The notes under the pieces are model-generated. The model worked only from the letters and a program-made list of their open reading frames with translations. It did no database searches and was not told the DNA's origin. A program made the translations under genes and the position numbers. Positions 18,367 to 28,458 of a stretch of 64,000 bases of DNA are shown here, piece after piece. Position 1 is the first letter of the stretch; each line of letters begins with the position of its first letter. The stretch spans positions 62,001-126,000 of IMG/VR virus record IMGVR_UViG_3300032245_001860; one strand, 5' to 3'.

Positions 18367-18858
18367 ATGTCCCTTTCTTTACCCAATTTATTTAAGATTG
18401 ATTCATGGAAAAATCAGCTTGTTAGTACTATTATTCAAAAGAATATAGTTGCACCTAACAAATTTTATTTTACAGATGATTGCAAGATAGAAATTCCAAG
18501 ATTGATTGAAGTTGTCAATAAAGATACTACAATCAAAAAAACTTGCACATATTCTAAAAACTTCACAGATTCTTATCTTTTATCAATATCCAACAATAAT
18601 TTAGATTATTCAAGTAAGTTTCTCATACCTTATTTTTCATCAAATAAATTTAAGTGTCTATCATGCAACAAACTTCATGATGGAAAAACAGACAAATGTT
18701 GTTCTATGGAAAAGTCTGTGGTTTTATTAGAACAAGCAAAATTGTACAAAGTTGAAATTCCAATATTGTCAGATATAGAAAAAACTCTTCAAGAATCAAA
18801 AGAAGAATTTGTCAGATTGCATTTTGTAGATTTTTTAGATACAATAATGTTGAGATGA
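18367..18858 (+). CDS. hypothetical protein with a Cys cluster
   Basis: CLSCNKLH...KCC; ATGA-coupled to the Rad50 N-half. Confidence 0.6.
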   Translation: MSLSLPNLFKIDSWKNQLVSTIIQKNIVAPNKFYFTDDCKIEIPRLIEVVNKDTTIKKTCTYSKNFTDSYLLSISNNNLDYSSKFLIPYFSSNKFKCLSCNKLHDGKTDKCCSMEKSVVLLEQAKLYKVEIPILSDIEKTLQESKEEFVRLHFVDFLDTIMLR

Positions 18859-20021
18859 GTGAATCAAGACCAAATAGAAAAGTTAAAACTCTATATATTA
18901 AAAATGTAAACAACCATGAAGAATCAGAATATGAATTTCATGAGCACATGAATCTTATTGTTGGTTCTTCAGAAACTGGCAAATCAGCCTCAATCAGAGC
19001 ATTGACATTTGCTCTTTACAACAAATACAATGGTGATCTTGTCAACTGGGACGAAAAGTTTGCACAAGTAAAAGTTGTGTTTTTTGATGGGGCTGTAATT
19101 GTCAGAACCAAAGGCAAAGATATCAACCGCGTAGAGTTCAAATATGCTGGTCAAAAAGAATTTACAGTATATAAATCTTTTGGCTCAGATTATCCGGAAG
19201 AGGTTTGGAAATTTTTAGGAGATCCTCCACGTCTCCCTGATTCAGAACCTATTGCATATGCTGATCAACAAACCAAATTGTTTTTAGTTGATCAAAAACC
19301 AACACAACTTCCTACTACATTTTCTCAACTCACTGGCGTCGAAGACCTTGAAGATTGTTCATCCGCTTGTAATTCTAAAATCAAAGGTTATGAAAAATCA
19401 AATAAAGCTCTTGAAAATGAAATAAAAGATTTAGAAAATGAACTTGAAAATAACTTTTCCTCTCTTGATCAAGAAGTAGCTTTGCTTGAAGAATTTGAAG
19501 TTTTGCTTTCTGAAATTTCTGATATTGAAAAAGACATAACAAATTTACAAACTTATTTGAGAGACTACAATAGAATTGTAAAAGCTGGTAAAGAAGCTCA
19601 AAGCGAAATATCTAAGTGTAAAAAGCTACTTGATGTTTTACCTAATGTTAATTCATTGACAAAAGATTTCAATGATCTTCAGTCAATGCACAATTTGTTT
19701 GAAAATGCTGAAAAGTTATCTGCTAAAATTACTAAATACGAAAATAAAATTAAAATTGACAGAGCGATAACAGAAGGCGAATTTTCCACTTCAATTACTA
19801 ATTGTGACTTATTGCTTAACACACTATTGGATATGAGTGCAATGTTAGAAAAAGGTATAGATATAAATGATAAAATTTCTAAAAAGAATGAGATTATTTC
19901 GAAGCTTAATAAATCTATTAAAGAGAATACTGATGATTTAGAATCTACAATAAGTGAAGCTATTGAAAAGGGTGCTATTTGTTCAGCGTGTATGAAAATT
20001 GGTGGTGAATATGTCAGATAA
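18855..20021 (+). CDS. SbcC/Rad50-like ATPase, N-terminal half (Walker A, coiled coil, zinc hook)
   Basis: NLIVGSSETGKS Walker A, YADQ Q-loop, coiled coil, terminal CSAC. Confidence 0.85.
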   Translation: MSESRPNRKVKTLYIKNVNNHEESEYEFHEHMNLIVGSSETGKSASIRALTFALYNKYNGDLVNWDEKFAQVKVVFFDGAVIVRTKGKDINRVEFKYAGQKEFTVYKSFGSDYPEEVWKFLGDPPRLPDSEPIAYADQQTKLFLVDQKPTQLPTTFSQLTGVEDLEDCSSACNSKIKGYEKSNKALENEIKDLENELENNFSSLDQEVALLEEFEVLLSEISDIEKDITNLQTYLRDYNRIVKAGKEAQSEISKCKKLLDVLPNVNSLTKDFNDLQSMHNLFENAEKLSAKITKYENKIKIDRAITEGEFSTSITNCDLLLNTLLDMSAMLEKGIDINDKISKKNEIISKLNKSIKENTDDLESTISEAIEKGAICSACMKIGGEYVR

Positions 20022-21003
20022 GAAGAAAGTATTATTTGTTGGTGATAATCATATAAGTGGAAAAACACCATCAAATAGAATTGGGAGCTATCTTGAAGAC
20101 ACTGTTAACAAACTCAAAGATTGCTTGAATATAAGCAGAAGCGAGAAGGTTGATGCTATGGTGTTGTTAGGTGATCTTTTCGATGTAAGAGAAGTTACAC
20201 CAGAAGCAAGAAATGTCACCTTAGCAGCATTAAGAAGCCAGGATGATGGAAAACCTTGGCCTTTTCCTGTTTATATTACTGTTGGAAATCATGACATACA
20301 ATCTTCATATCCTTTAGACAAATCAAGTTTAGGTACTTTAATTGCTGCTGGTGTTTTACTTAAAGAAGATTATGTTCCTGAGCTTGGAATTGCTTTCGCT
20401 CACTTTAATCCTGATCTTGATAAAAACATTCAAGAGGGATATTTGGCTTCACATCATGCAATTATTTGGTCTTGTCATGCTTCTATTGGAGATAAACCAG
20501 ACCGATTTGAAGAATACATTATACCTTTTGATAATATTCCAGTTCACCCTAACAATAGTTTAATAATTTCTGGACACATCCACCATCCTATGTCTTGTGA
20601 AAGAAAAGATGGCAAAAGGTTTATAAATCCAGGTGCGATAGGGCGTACATCAGCTACTAAAGACAATTTAAATCGCACATTGAAAGTTTTTCTTTTGGAA
20701 TATGACCTTGATGGCAAAATCTACAGTGAAAAATATTTAGATTTACCATCTGCAAAACCAGCGCATTTAGTTTTTAAATTGGATGAAATTGAAACAAAAA
20801 AGCAGTCCAAAACAGAGGTCAAAGAGTTTATCAAATCTATATCTGCATTGAAAACAAGCAATTGGTTGCATTTGCATGATGAAGATAAGTTGAAGATTTT
20901 AGTTACTGATGCTAAAGAAGATGGATTGAATGATGATACAATCGCAATCATTTCTGACACTTTCCAATCAGTGAAGAATGTATCTAAAGAGGAATCAAAT
21001 TAA
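20011..21003 (+). CDS. SbcD/Mre11-like metallophosphoesterase nuclease
   Basis: GDNH, LGDLFD, GNHD, SCH, SGHIH, NPGAIGR motifs. Confidence 0.9.
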   Translation: MSDKKKVLFVGDNHISGKTPSNRIGSYLEDTVNKLKDCLNISRSEKVDAMVLLGDLFDVREVTPEARNVTLAALRSQDDGKPWPFPVYITVGNHDIQSSYPLDKSSLGTLIAAGVLLKEDYVPELGIAFAHFNPDLDKNIQEGYLASHHAIIWSCHASIGDKPDRFEEYIIPFDNIPVHPNNSLIISGHIHHPMSCERKDGKRFINPGAIGRTSATKDNLNRTLKVFLLEYDLDGKIYSEKYLDLPSAKPAHLVFKLDEIETKKQSKTEVKEFIKSISALKTSNWLHLHDEDKLKILVTDAKEDGLNDDTIAIISDTFQSVKNVSKEESN

Positions 21004-21281
21004 TGGAAGAAAATTTAGTTGACCAATACTCAGAAAGAATTGAAGTTTTGAAGAATGCTATTTCAAAAGCACAAGCTACTCTTGAAGTCAGAGAAACTGA
21101 AAAGAATAGCCTTAAAGTCGAATATGCAAATTTAGAAAAAGATTGCAAAGAAAAATACAATATTTCGCTTAAAAATCTGAGTAAAGAAATTTCTGACAAA
21201 GAAGCTTTAGTCTTGGAAAAGCTTGAAGAGGCTGAATCTAAATACAAATCTCTTACGGATCCAAAAAATGAATCGGAATGA
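21003..21281 (+). CDS. small coiled-coil protein in the Mre11/Rad50 locus
   Basis: 92 aa with heptad pattern. Confidence 0.7.
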   Translation: MEENLVDQYSERIEVLKNAISKAQATLEVRETEKNSLKVEYANLEKDCKEKYNISLKNLSKEISDKEALVLEKLEEAESKYKSLTDPKNESE

Positions 21282-21981
21282 CTTAGAAAGACAATTTAAA
21301 GCTTTAGAAAAAGAAATCAATCAAAGAGTGTATACAAGAGATACCTTAATTAGAACTATATCTGATAAAAAGAGTGTGCTTGAATCTGATATAGCAGAAA
21401 AAGGTCATTTAAGTAAAGCAAGTTTATTTTTCAAATCTAAGGCCCAAGACACCAGAGAATATCATTTACAAATAATTAATTACCATTTAACTCCGCTAAT
21501 AAAGAGAATGTATGGTGATGATTATGAATTTGGGTTTCTTTACAATGAAAAGGCACAAGAAAAGGGTGAAAAGATTGGCTTTAATCTTTACCCCACAATA
21601 ACAAATACAGTCAATGGAAAAAGAGTTACCACATACTCTATGGATTCAAGAGGTGGTGGTATCTTAGAAACCATTAGTGTATTTCTAAGGTGGGTTTTTA
21701 TCCGTTTAGATGGATATATTGGCCCTTTAATTTTAGATGAGTCTTGGTCTGCAGTTTCTGCTGATGATAAAATGATACAGCTCATTGAATTCTTGGTTGA
21801 ATATGTTAAAGAAACTGATTCTCAAATTGTGTTTGTCACCCATAGAGGAGAGATTTTTGGTAAAGCAGCTGATAAAATTTTTCTTGTTCAAAAAGAAGAT
21901 GGTGTTGCTAAATCATCAGAAACAACCTATCAGGAAATTGTTGAGAGACAATTGTCATTTGTAAATAAAAATGAAAACTAA
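21268..21981 (+). CDS. SbcC/Rad50-like ATPase, C-terminal half
   Basis: SRGGG signature, LILDES Walker B, FVTH H-loop; ATG at 21268. Confidence 0.85.
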   Translation: MNRNDLERQFKALEKEINQRVYTRDTLIRTISDKKSVLESDIAEKGHLSKASLFFKSKAQDTREYHLQIINYHLTPLIKRMYGDDYEFGFLYNEKAQEKGEKIGFNLYPTITNTVNGKRVTTYSMDSRGGGILETISVFLRWVFIRLDGYIGPLILDESWSAVSADDKMIQLIEFLVEYVKETDSQIVFVTHRGEIFGKAADKIFLVQKEDGVAKSSETTYQEIVERQLSFVNKNEN

Positions 21982-22801
21982 AGACGAAACATACGAAATG
22001 ATACTTGAAGTGTACAAAAAAGATGTCCCTTTGCAGTCTGAAATTGCCAATCCATTTTCGGCCAATAAAAGGCAACGTAAAAAGACTTTGGTTCCTAAAG
22101 CTCCTAATGGATTGCCTGAAGATGTAAATACTTGGAATAGTCGAAATTTTGTGGATTATTTTGCCGAAGAATATCATAAACACTTTTCTGGTACTTACAA
22201 AAAAACATATTCTTCTGATTGCTCTTTTGTAAATCAAATATTTGAATTTATGGAAGCAAATGATTTAGATAGAAATGAAAACACCAAGAAATTTATTGAT
22301 TGGAGTTTTGTTAATTCTCAAGTTGTTGCAAACAAGAATGGTGTATTTTTGCTTGGAACTATTAAGAATCATTTGAATAGCTATTTCCAGCAAGCTATAT
22401 TAGATAAAAGAGAAAAGTCAATTCAAATTGATATCTTCAATGACATTGTCAAGTTAGATAAAAATGGCAAAACAAGAGAAGTATTTATCACTTATGGCAT
22501 TCCTCTTGCTGCTACTTATTTTGTGAATCATAAAAATATTTCACTTAAAAATGTTATTGCTGGTTTACAACAATTATTCACCACTTTTGCTAATGGTGAC
22601 AGTGAACAAAAATTATTCATAAGCAAAGTTATCCAAAGATCAATTAGTAGAGGCCCGTATATTGAAGGTTTTGAACTTATTGACTGGAGAGATGTTTTTA
22701 AAGAAGTTGTTGAGCCCTTCAAGAGTGAACTATGGTATAGAGAGGAAGATTTTTCCAGTAAACCACAATACAAGCTTGAAAAATTCTTAAATGAAAACTA
22801 A
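21971..22801 (+). CDS. hypothetical protein, possible replication initiator
   Basis: 276 aa; position upstream of the helicase loader and helicase. Confidence 0.5.
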   Translation: MKTKDETYEMILEVYKKDVPLQSEIANPFSANKRQRKKTLVPKAPNGLPEDVNTWNSRNFVDYFAEEYHKHFSGTYKKTYSSDCSFVNQIFEFMEANDLDRNENTKKFIDWSFVNSQVVANKNGVFLLGTIKNHLNSYFQQAILDKREKSIQIDIFNDIVKLDKNGKTREVFITYGIPLAATYFVNHKNISLKNVIAGLQQLFTTFANGDSEQKLFISKVIQRSISRGPYIEGFELIDWRDVFKEVVEPFKSELWYREEDFSSKPQYKLEKFLNEN

Positions 22802-24411
22802 TGTATGGAATCAAATACCAGAATGTAATAGAAGAACTTGAACTGCTCATAAGATCAAAACGTACAGTTTTGAGTATTGTTTGCCATGAGGAAAATAAAG
22901 TTTTATCGGCTTTGGAGGAAATATGCTCCAAGGCCGATACTTCTTGGGATTTGATTAAGTGGGATATAGTTACAGGATTACACTCCACCTTTCCTGAGTT
23001 TTTACCTACCAAAGATTCTGAAAAACAACTTGATCAAGAAGAAGTATTGAGCTGGTTTGAACAACTCATAGTACCTAAAAATAAATTTGTCATTTTAGTT
23101 ATGAAAGATTTTAATAAATTTTTAGGATCAAACAATTATAGAGGACAAGTAGAAAATAAAGTTGTCAGACACATCAAGAATCTTTCTCAAAATTTTACAA
23201 CTCAAAATAAAACTATTATTTTCCTATCTTCCAATTATGATATTCCTTCAGATTTAGATAAATATATTCATTTTTTAGATTGGCCTCTTCCTGAAAAGAC
23301 TGATATTGAAAATAAACTAAAAGATCTTTTGACAAGAGCTTCTAAAAGAAAAGATTTAGCTGAAAAATTTCAGGTTGCGTATACCAATGAAGACTTTGAA
23401 CTGATTGTAAATTCATTTAGAGGATTGACTTTATCTGAATGTGAGCAAATTTGTGCCTATTGTATGATTAAGTATCCTAAGCTCATGCCTGATGTTATTT
23501 CTATGCAAAAGAAAGAAATCATTCGAAAATCAGGCTTATTGGAATGGATTTCTTCTGACATTGACATGGAATCTATTGGTGGCCTTGAAAATCTTAAACA
23601 ATGGCTTGGCAAAAGAAAAGATGCATTTTCTCAAGATGCCATAGATTACGGACTGCCCTCAAACCCTAAAGGCCTTATGCTTGTAGGAATACAAGGAGCT
23701 GGTAAGAGCCTATTTGCAAAAGGTATTTCTTCTTTTTGGAATTTCCCATTGATAAGATTAGACATGGGTAAAGTGTTTTCGGGAATTGTTGGGTCTTCTG
23801 AACAAAATATGCGACAGGTTTTTAAAGTTGTTGAATCTGTAGCCCCATGCATCCTTTGGTGTGATGAAATTGACAAGGGAATGTCTGGTGGTAGAAGTTC
23901 TGGTCATACTGATGGTGGGACAACTTCAAGAGTTTTAGGATCTTGGCTAACCTGGATGCAAGAAAAAACAGCACCTGTATTTGTAGTGGCTACCGCTAAT
24001 GATGTTTCAAACCTTCCACCTGAGTTATTGAGAAAAGGTAGGTTTGATGAAATATTCTTTGTTGATTTGCCTAATGAAAGTGAAAGAGAGAAAATATTTA
24101 TGATTCACTTAACGCAAAGAAATAGAGACTATAAAAAATTTGACATTCATTCTTTAGTCAAAGAATCACAAAACTTTACTGGAGCTGAAATAGAATCCTC
24201 AATAGAAGCCGCAATGTATGAAGCATTTAGTGATAATAAAAGAGATATCACAACTAAGGATATACTACTGAGCTTGAAAAACTCTGTTCCTATCGCTATA
24301 ATCATGAAAGAAGAAATTAACGCTCTAAGGCAATGGGCTTCTGAAAGAGCCCGAAGCGCATCAATATCTCAAACTTATGCACGGCCTTCTTATGATGAGG
24401 ATGATTTGTAA
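22801..24411 (+). CDS. Ycf46-like AAA+ ATPase
   Basis: Degenerate N-terminal AAA domain, [53 protein letters not shown]. Confidence 0.85.
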   Translation: MYGIKYQNVIEELELLIRSKRTVLSIVCHEENKVLSALEEICSKADTSWDLIKWDIVTGLHSTFPEFLPTKDSEKQLDQEEVLSWFEQLIVPKNKFVILVMKDFNKFLGSNNYRGQVENKVVRHIKNLSQNFTTQNKTIIFLSSNYDIPSDLDKYIHFLDWPLPEKTDIENKLKDLLTRASKRKDLAEKFQVAYTNEDFELIVNSFRGLTLSECEQICAYCMIKYPKLMPDVISMQKKEIIRKSGLLEWISSDIDMESIGGLENLKQWLGKRKDAFSQDAIDYGLPSNPKGLMLVGIQGAGKSLFAKGISSFWNFPLIRLDMGKVFSGIVGSSEQNMRQVFKVVESVAPCILWCDEIDKGMSGGRSSGHTDGGTTSRVLGSWLTWMQEKTAPVFVVATANDVSNLPPELLRKGRFDEIFFVDLPNESEREKIFMIHLTQRNRDYKKFDIHSLVKESQNFTGAEIESSIEAAMYEAFSDNKRDITTKDILLSLKNSVPIAIIMKEEINALRQWASERARSASISQTYARPSYDEDDL

Positions 24412-25226
24412 TGGAAGAAAAAAATGATTTTGCTGCTATGCTTGGTTTGAATGTAACAGTAGAAGATTTAAGAAATTCTGCTCGTGAGATGCGGAAAAGA
24501 AGTGGCAATGGCTGTGTAAACTGCAACTATTTAGGATACTCAGTAAATTACCAAGGCAAACATATTTTTTGTGATTGTGTCAAAAACAAAATGCTGGCTT
24601 CTATATATCAAAAAGCCGATGTTCCTGAAATCTATTTTCATAAAACTATTGAAGAATGGAACACTAAAACAGATGGAAATTACAATGATTTAGGTGTTCA
24701 TTCAGAGAGAAGCGAATTTATTTATGCACTATTGAGATTTTATTGCAAAAGTATCCTTAAGATTTGCCAGGGTTCAAAAATTACGATCAAACATTCTAAA
24801 AACCAAAAAGACAATTTGCATTCATTGTTGTTTATGGGTGGAAACAATTCAGGCAAAACATTTATTGCCAGTGTTGTTGTTCAAGAAGCTATAAAAAATA
24901 ATCTTTCAGCAAAATATTATGATTGGTCAAATCTTGTTGACATACTCTCTAATTTCTCAAGAAAAGAAGAGCTCAATGAAACCATTGAAACATTTAAAGA
25001 TTATGATTTCATTGCAATTGATGACATTCAAAATTATGACATCTCACAATCTAATTTCATCTTGCAATTAGATAGACTTTGCAAATCAAGATTACATTCT
25101 GGCAAACCTATTTTCTTAATGGCTTCTGCTGGATACGAAAATACAATCAACTGTTCAGGTTGGAAGTCTTTACTGAGGTCCTGCTTGACGATACAACTCC
25201 CATATGCTATAAAGAACTTAACATGA
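24411..25226 (+). CDS. DnaC/DnaI-like helicase loader
   Basis: CVNC...CDC zinc site, GGNNSGKT, IAIDDI. Confidence 0.75.
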   Translation: MEEKNDFAAMLGLNVTVEDLRNSAREMRKRSGNGCVNCNYLGYSVNYQGKHIFCDCVKNKMLASIYQKADVPEIYFHKTIEEWNTKTDGNYNDLGVHSERSEFIYALLRFYCKSILKICQGSKITIKHSKNQKDNLHSLLFMGGNNSGKTFIASVVVQEAIKNNLSAKYYDWSNLVDILSNFSRKEELNETIETFKDYDFIAIDDIQNYDISQSNFILQLDRLCKSRLHSGKPIFLMASAGYENTINCSGWKSLLRSCLTIQLPYAIKNLT

Positions 25227-26806
25227 AGCTTGATAATTATGACCTTGAAATTCTAACTCTTGCACACATTACAAGAAGTGTAAAGAGCATGGACAAACTT
25301 TTGTCTCGTGGAATTACCAAGGAACACTTTGACCATAAAGATGAAAACGAAGAACAATCCTACACCAAAGGATTGTTTCAACTTGTCTTAGGTTATTGGA
25401 AGTCAAGTGGTGGAAGCTTATTTACATCATTTGTTCTTGAATCTAAGCTAAATGAGAAAAAAGCATCAGATAAAGTTAGAGCCAAACTATTAAATATTTG
25501 GGCTGATATTGAAGATACTGAAATAGATGACAATGACTTTCATGAAATAGTTTCAAGTCTCAAAAACAAAAGATGCCATCAAATTCTCACTGACATGCTT
25601 TCTGATATAAATGAAAATTACAGTGAGGGTGGTACAGATTATGCTGTTAAAGTTATTCAGGAAAATCTTGACAAAATACAGACTGAAAAATCTGAGTTTG
25701 GAGCAGATAGACATAACTTTGACGTATTTGAATCTTCTAACTTTTTCCAAGATGAATACAATAAAAGAATTAATCACCCCGAATTGTTTAAGGGTATCAA
25801 CTGTGGATTGAGCAATATTGATTCTAAAACTTTTGGATGGTTGCCAGGTCAAATTATTGTCTTCCTTGCTCCTTCATCTGGTGGAAAGTCTGTAATGCTC
25901 TTGAATTCTGCTGTTCATGCAAATAAAGCTTGTGGCAAAAAAGTGTTGTACATGTCTTTTGAAATGAACTCCTGGCTTTGTTTGCTTAGGCATGTATCTT
26001 TGCAATTTGAAATTCCTTACAGTCAATTAAAAGACAATAATCTTTCTCCTGATGAACTTAAGTCTGTCATTAGTGGTTTGAGTTCTCAGGATGGCGCATA
26101 TTTTGAATATGATGTCAACATGGAAGATCCTACACCTGAATACATTGACTCAAGAATTAGAGATCTTATTGCTACTAAAGGAAAGCCAGATTTACTTGTT
26201 GTTGACTATATTGGAAACATGACAGTTAGAAATCCGCCAAATGGTGCAAAAGATTATGAAGTTCAAACTAAAGCTGTCCAAGAACTTTTCCGAATGGCTA
26301 AAAGATATGGCATTCCAATTATCACTGCTCAACAGATTAACCGTGAAACTATTAGAGATGCCAGAAAAGCAAAAGAATCAAACAAGTTTATGTCTTATGA
26401 CCAAGCAGCAGTATCTGGTGGTCAGGTGCTGATGCACCTTTGCACTTACGCAATTGCAATGGAACCTAATAAAGAGCATAAATATTGTGTCTTTCATCCT
26501 GTGAAGATGCGTGATGCTTGGTTTCATCCTTTTCCTGTTGCTATGGATTCTGAGTTTAATAAAGTAAGAGAATTAGATGAAGTAGAACAACAGCAGATTA
26601 TGGCTATGCATGCTTTGTCATCAGGAGCTACACCTACGACTACATCTTCTGTCACTGCTGAGAACAAAACTACTAAAACACCTTTGTCAAGCCATAAACC
26701 AAAGCACCAAGAAGAAGATGATGATGAAATAATACTTACAAAAGATGATTTTGAAGATGAAGAGATAGATCTTGCTCCTTGGATGTTGTCTAATGCAAAA
26801 AATTAA
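25223..26806 (+). CDS. dnaB: replicative DNA helicase, DnaB family
   Basis: APSSGGKS, YMSFEM, LVVDYI, ITAQQINR; ATG 25223 overlaps the loader stop. Confidence 0.85.
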   Translation: MKLDNYDLEILTLAHITRSVKSMDKLLSRGITKEHFDHKDENEEQSYTKGLFQLVLGYWKSSGGSLFTSFVLESKLNEKKASDKVRAKLLNIWADIEDTEIDDNDFHEIVSSLKNKRCHQILTDMLSDINENYSEGGTDYAVKVIQENLDKIQTEKSEFGADRHNFDVFESSNFFQDEYNKRINHPELFKGINCGLSNIDSKTFGWLPGQIIVFLAPSSGGKSVMLLNSAVHANKACGKKVLYMSFEMNSWLCLLRHVSLQFEIPYSQLKDNNLSPDELKSVISGLSSQDGAYFEYDVNMEDPTPEYIDSRIRDLIATKGKPDLLVVDYIGNMTVRNPPNGAKDYEVQTKAVQELFRMAKRYGIPIITAQQINRETIRDARKAKESNKFMSYDQAAVSGGQVLMHLCTYAIAMEPNKEHKYCVFHPVKMRDAWFHPFPVAMDSEFNKVRELDEVEQQQIMAMHALSSGATPTTTSSVTAENKTTKTPLSSHKPKHQEEDDDEIILTKDDFEDEEIDLAPWMLSNAKN

Positions 26807-27407
26807 TAGAGCTTTTATTGATCAACTTTTATCCACTGTAAGTATCCTAAACTTCATGGAAAGTGAGTATGATAGCGACTTTATAATTGGTAAAAATGGC
26901 TGGGCTAATACAAATTGCCCTATGCCAAACCATGATGATTCCAGTCCATCTTTTGGTGTGAATATGGACGACAATAAATACAATTGCTTTGGATGTGGTC
27001 AAACAGGAGATATCATAAAGTTAGTTCAGCAAGTAGAAGGACTAAATTTTGTTGAGTCTATCCAAAGATTGTCTGATTATGCTGGAGTAGATATTGAAAT
27101 TGTCAATCTTGACATAAAGTATTTATTGAGAGAACTTTCATCAACTATAAATGATTATTTTTCCAAAGATAACATTTCACAATTCCCTGGAGGATTATCT
27201 GAAGGGGCTTTTTTAATTGCGTTTGCTGAAAGAACTAAAAAATATGAAAAATCATGTTTTTATGATGAAACTGAATGTGTTTGGATTGAAGAAATATACA
27301 AAAGTTTAGAAAAGGATATTGATGTTCAAAATTTTAAGAACATTGACAAGTTATGGAAAAATTTCTCAAAAATGACTAAAGAAAGAAAAGCTATAAATGA
27401 ATATTAA
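26793..27407 (+). CDS. stand-alone CHC2 zinc-finger domain of DNA primase
   Basis: CPMPNHDDSSPSF...YNCFGCGQTGDII...EGLNFVESIQRL; no TOPRIM domain. Confidence 0.85.
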   Translation: MQKINRAFIDQLLSTVSILNFMESEYDSDFIIGKNGWANTNCPMPNHDDSSPSFGVNMDDNKYNCFGCGQTGDIIKLVQQVEGLNFVESIQRLSDYAGVDIEIVNLDIKYLLRELSSTINDYFSKDNISQFPGGLSEGAFLIAFAERTKKYEKSCFYDETECVWIEEIYKSLEKDIDVQNFKNIDKLWKNFSKMTKERKAINEY

Positions 27408-27636
27408 TCCAAGTGAAGTTCTAAATAAAATAAATTCAGAATTACAAAGTTCACCAGATGAAATTTCAATCAATGTTATACTAACAGGAATTGGAGCTAA
27501 AAAATTTCATCTTGTTAAAACCATTATATCTACTACTAATCCTGAATTTGACGAAGAAGAAATTTGCAAGTATATTATAAGATCAGGCATAGAAAGAGAA
27601 ATGGAAAAGATTTCTAAAATTTGGAAAAATGATTAA
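27397..27636 (+). CDS. hypothetical protein
   Basis: 79 aa ORF overlapping both neighbours. Confidence 0.55.
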   Translation: MNINPSEVLNKINSELQSSPDEISINVILTGIGAKKFHLVKTIISTTNPEFDEEEICKYIIRSGIEREMEKISKIWKND

Positions 27637-28417
27637 GAGCATAATTGTAAATCCTGAAATTGCCGCAAGTGTATTGAAAAATAAAGAAGATGATCTTTAT
27701 ATTTTATGGTTGCTTGCTAAAAAGGTTGATACAAATGGTTCTGGAATTGTTTCATTAAAAGAAATATTCAATTTCGCTAAGATTGTTCTAAATATACAAT
27801 CAAATTATATTTACGAAAAAATTGAAAAAGGGGTAGGCAAATATTGGAGAAAGCCTTTTGGAAAATATGGAAATAAGAATGTTTGTTTACTATCTCCCGG
27901 TAAAATTATTCAAAGATTAAAACCAGATATTACAAGAAGCAAACCAGTTGTAGTGCCTTTATCTTATATTCAATCCTCTGACAAAAAAACTATCAGAGGT
28001 TTATTAATTTCTATAGTTGCTGGAAGATACACCGATAACAAGCCTTTATCAATGTATTCTCTGATCCACAATATTGGATTGTCTGAATCAACAATAAGAA
28101 ATGCATTGTATGATTCAAAATGCTTAAAAATAAAGAGTAATTTTCTTATTTTAGCTACTGATATAAACAGAACTTCATTAGCCAAATTGCTTCAAAGTGA
28201 CAAAGAGCCTTGGGCATGTAAGATTGTAAATAACAATGGTGTTTTTCAACTAATTAAACAACAAGCTAACTCTTATGATTTAGACTTTTACAGGTTGTCA
28301 TTAAAGTCAAGACCAACTGAATTGAAGAAGAATGATAAGAGGCTCTTTGCAATATTAGAGCCAGCAAGATATAATAATTCAAATGATTTAATATCATTTA
28401 AGACCTATCAACAATAA
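27629..28417 (+). CDS. hypothetical basic protein, possible DNA-binding
   Basis: IGLSESTIRNAL HTH-like segment. Confidence 0.55.
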   Translation: MIKSIIVNPEIAASVLKNKEDDLYILWLLAKKVDTNGSGIVSLKEIFNFAKIVLNIQSNYIYEKIEKGVGKYWRKPFGKYGNKNVCLLSPGKIIQRLKPDITRSKPVVVPLSYIQSSDKKTIRGLLISIVAGRYTDNKPLSMYSLIHNIGLSESTIRNALYDSKCLKIKSNFLILATDINRTSLAKLLQSDKEPWACKIVNNNGVFQLIKQQANSYDLDFYRLSLKSRPTELKKNDKRLFAILEPARYNNSNDLISFKTYQQ

Positions 28418-28458
28418 GTGTATTACTGTCTTAAGATGGCGCTTATAAAGGGGACTAT

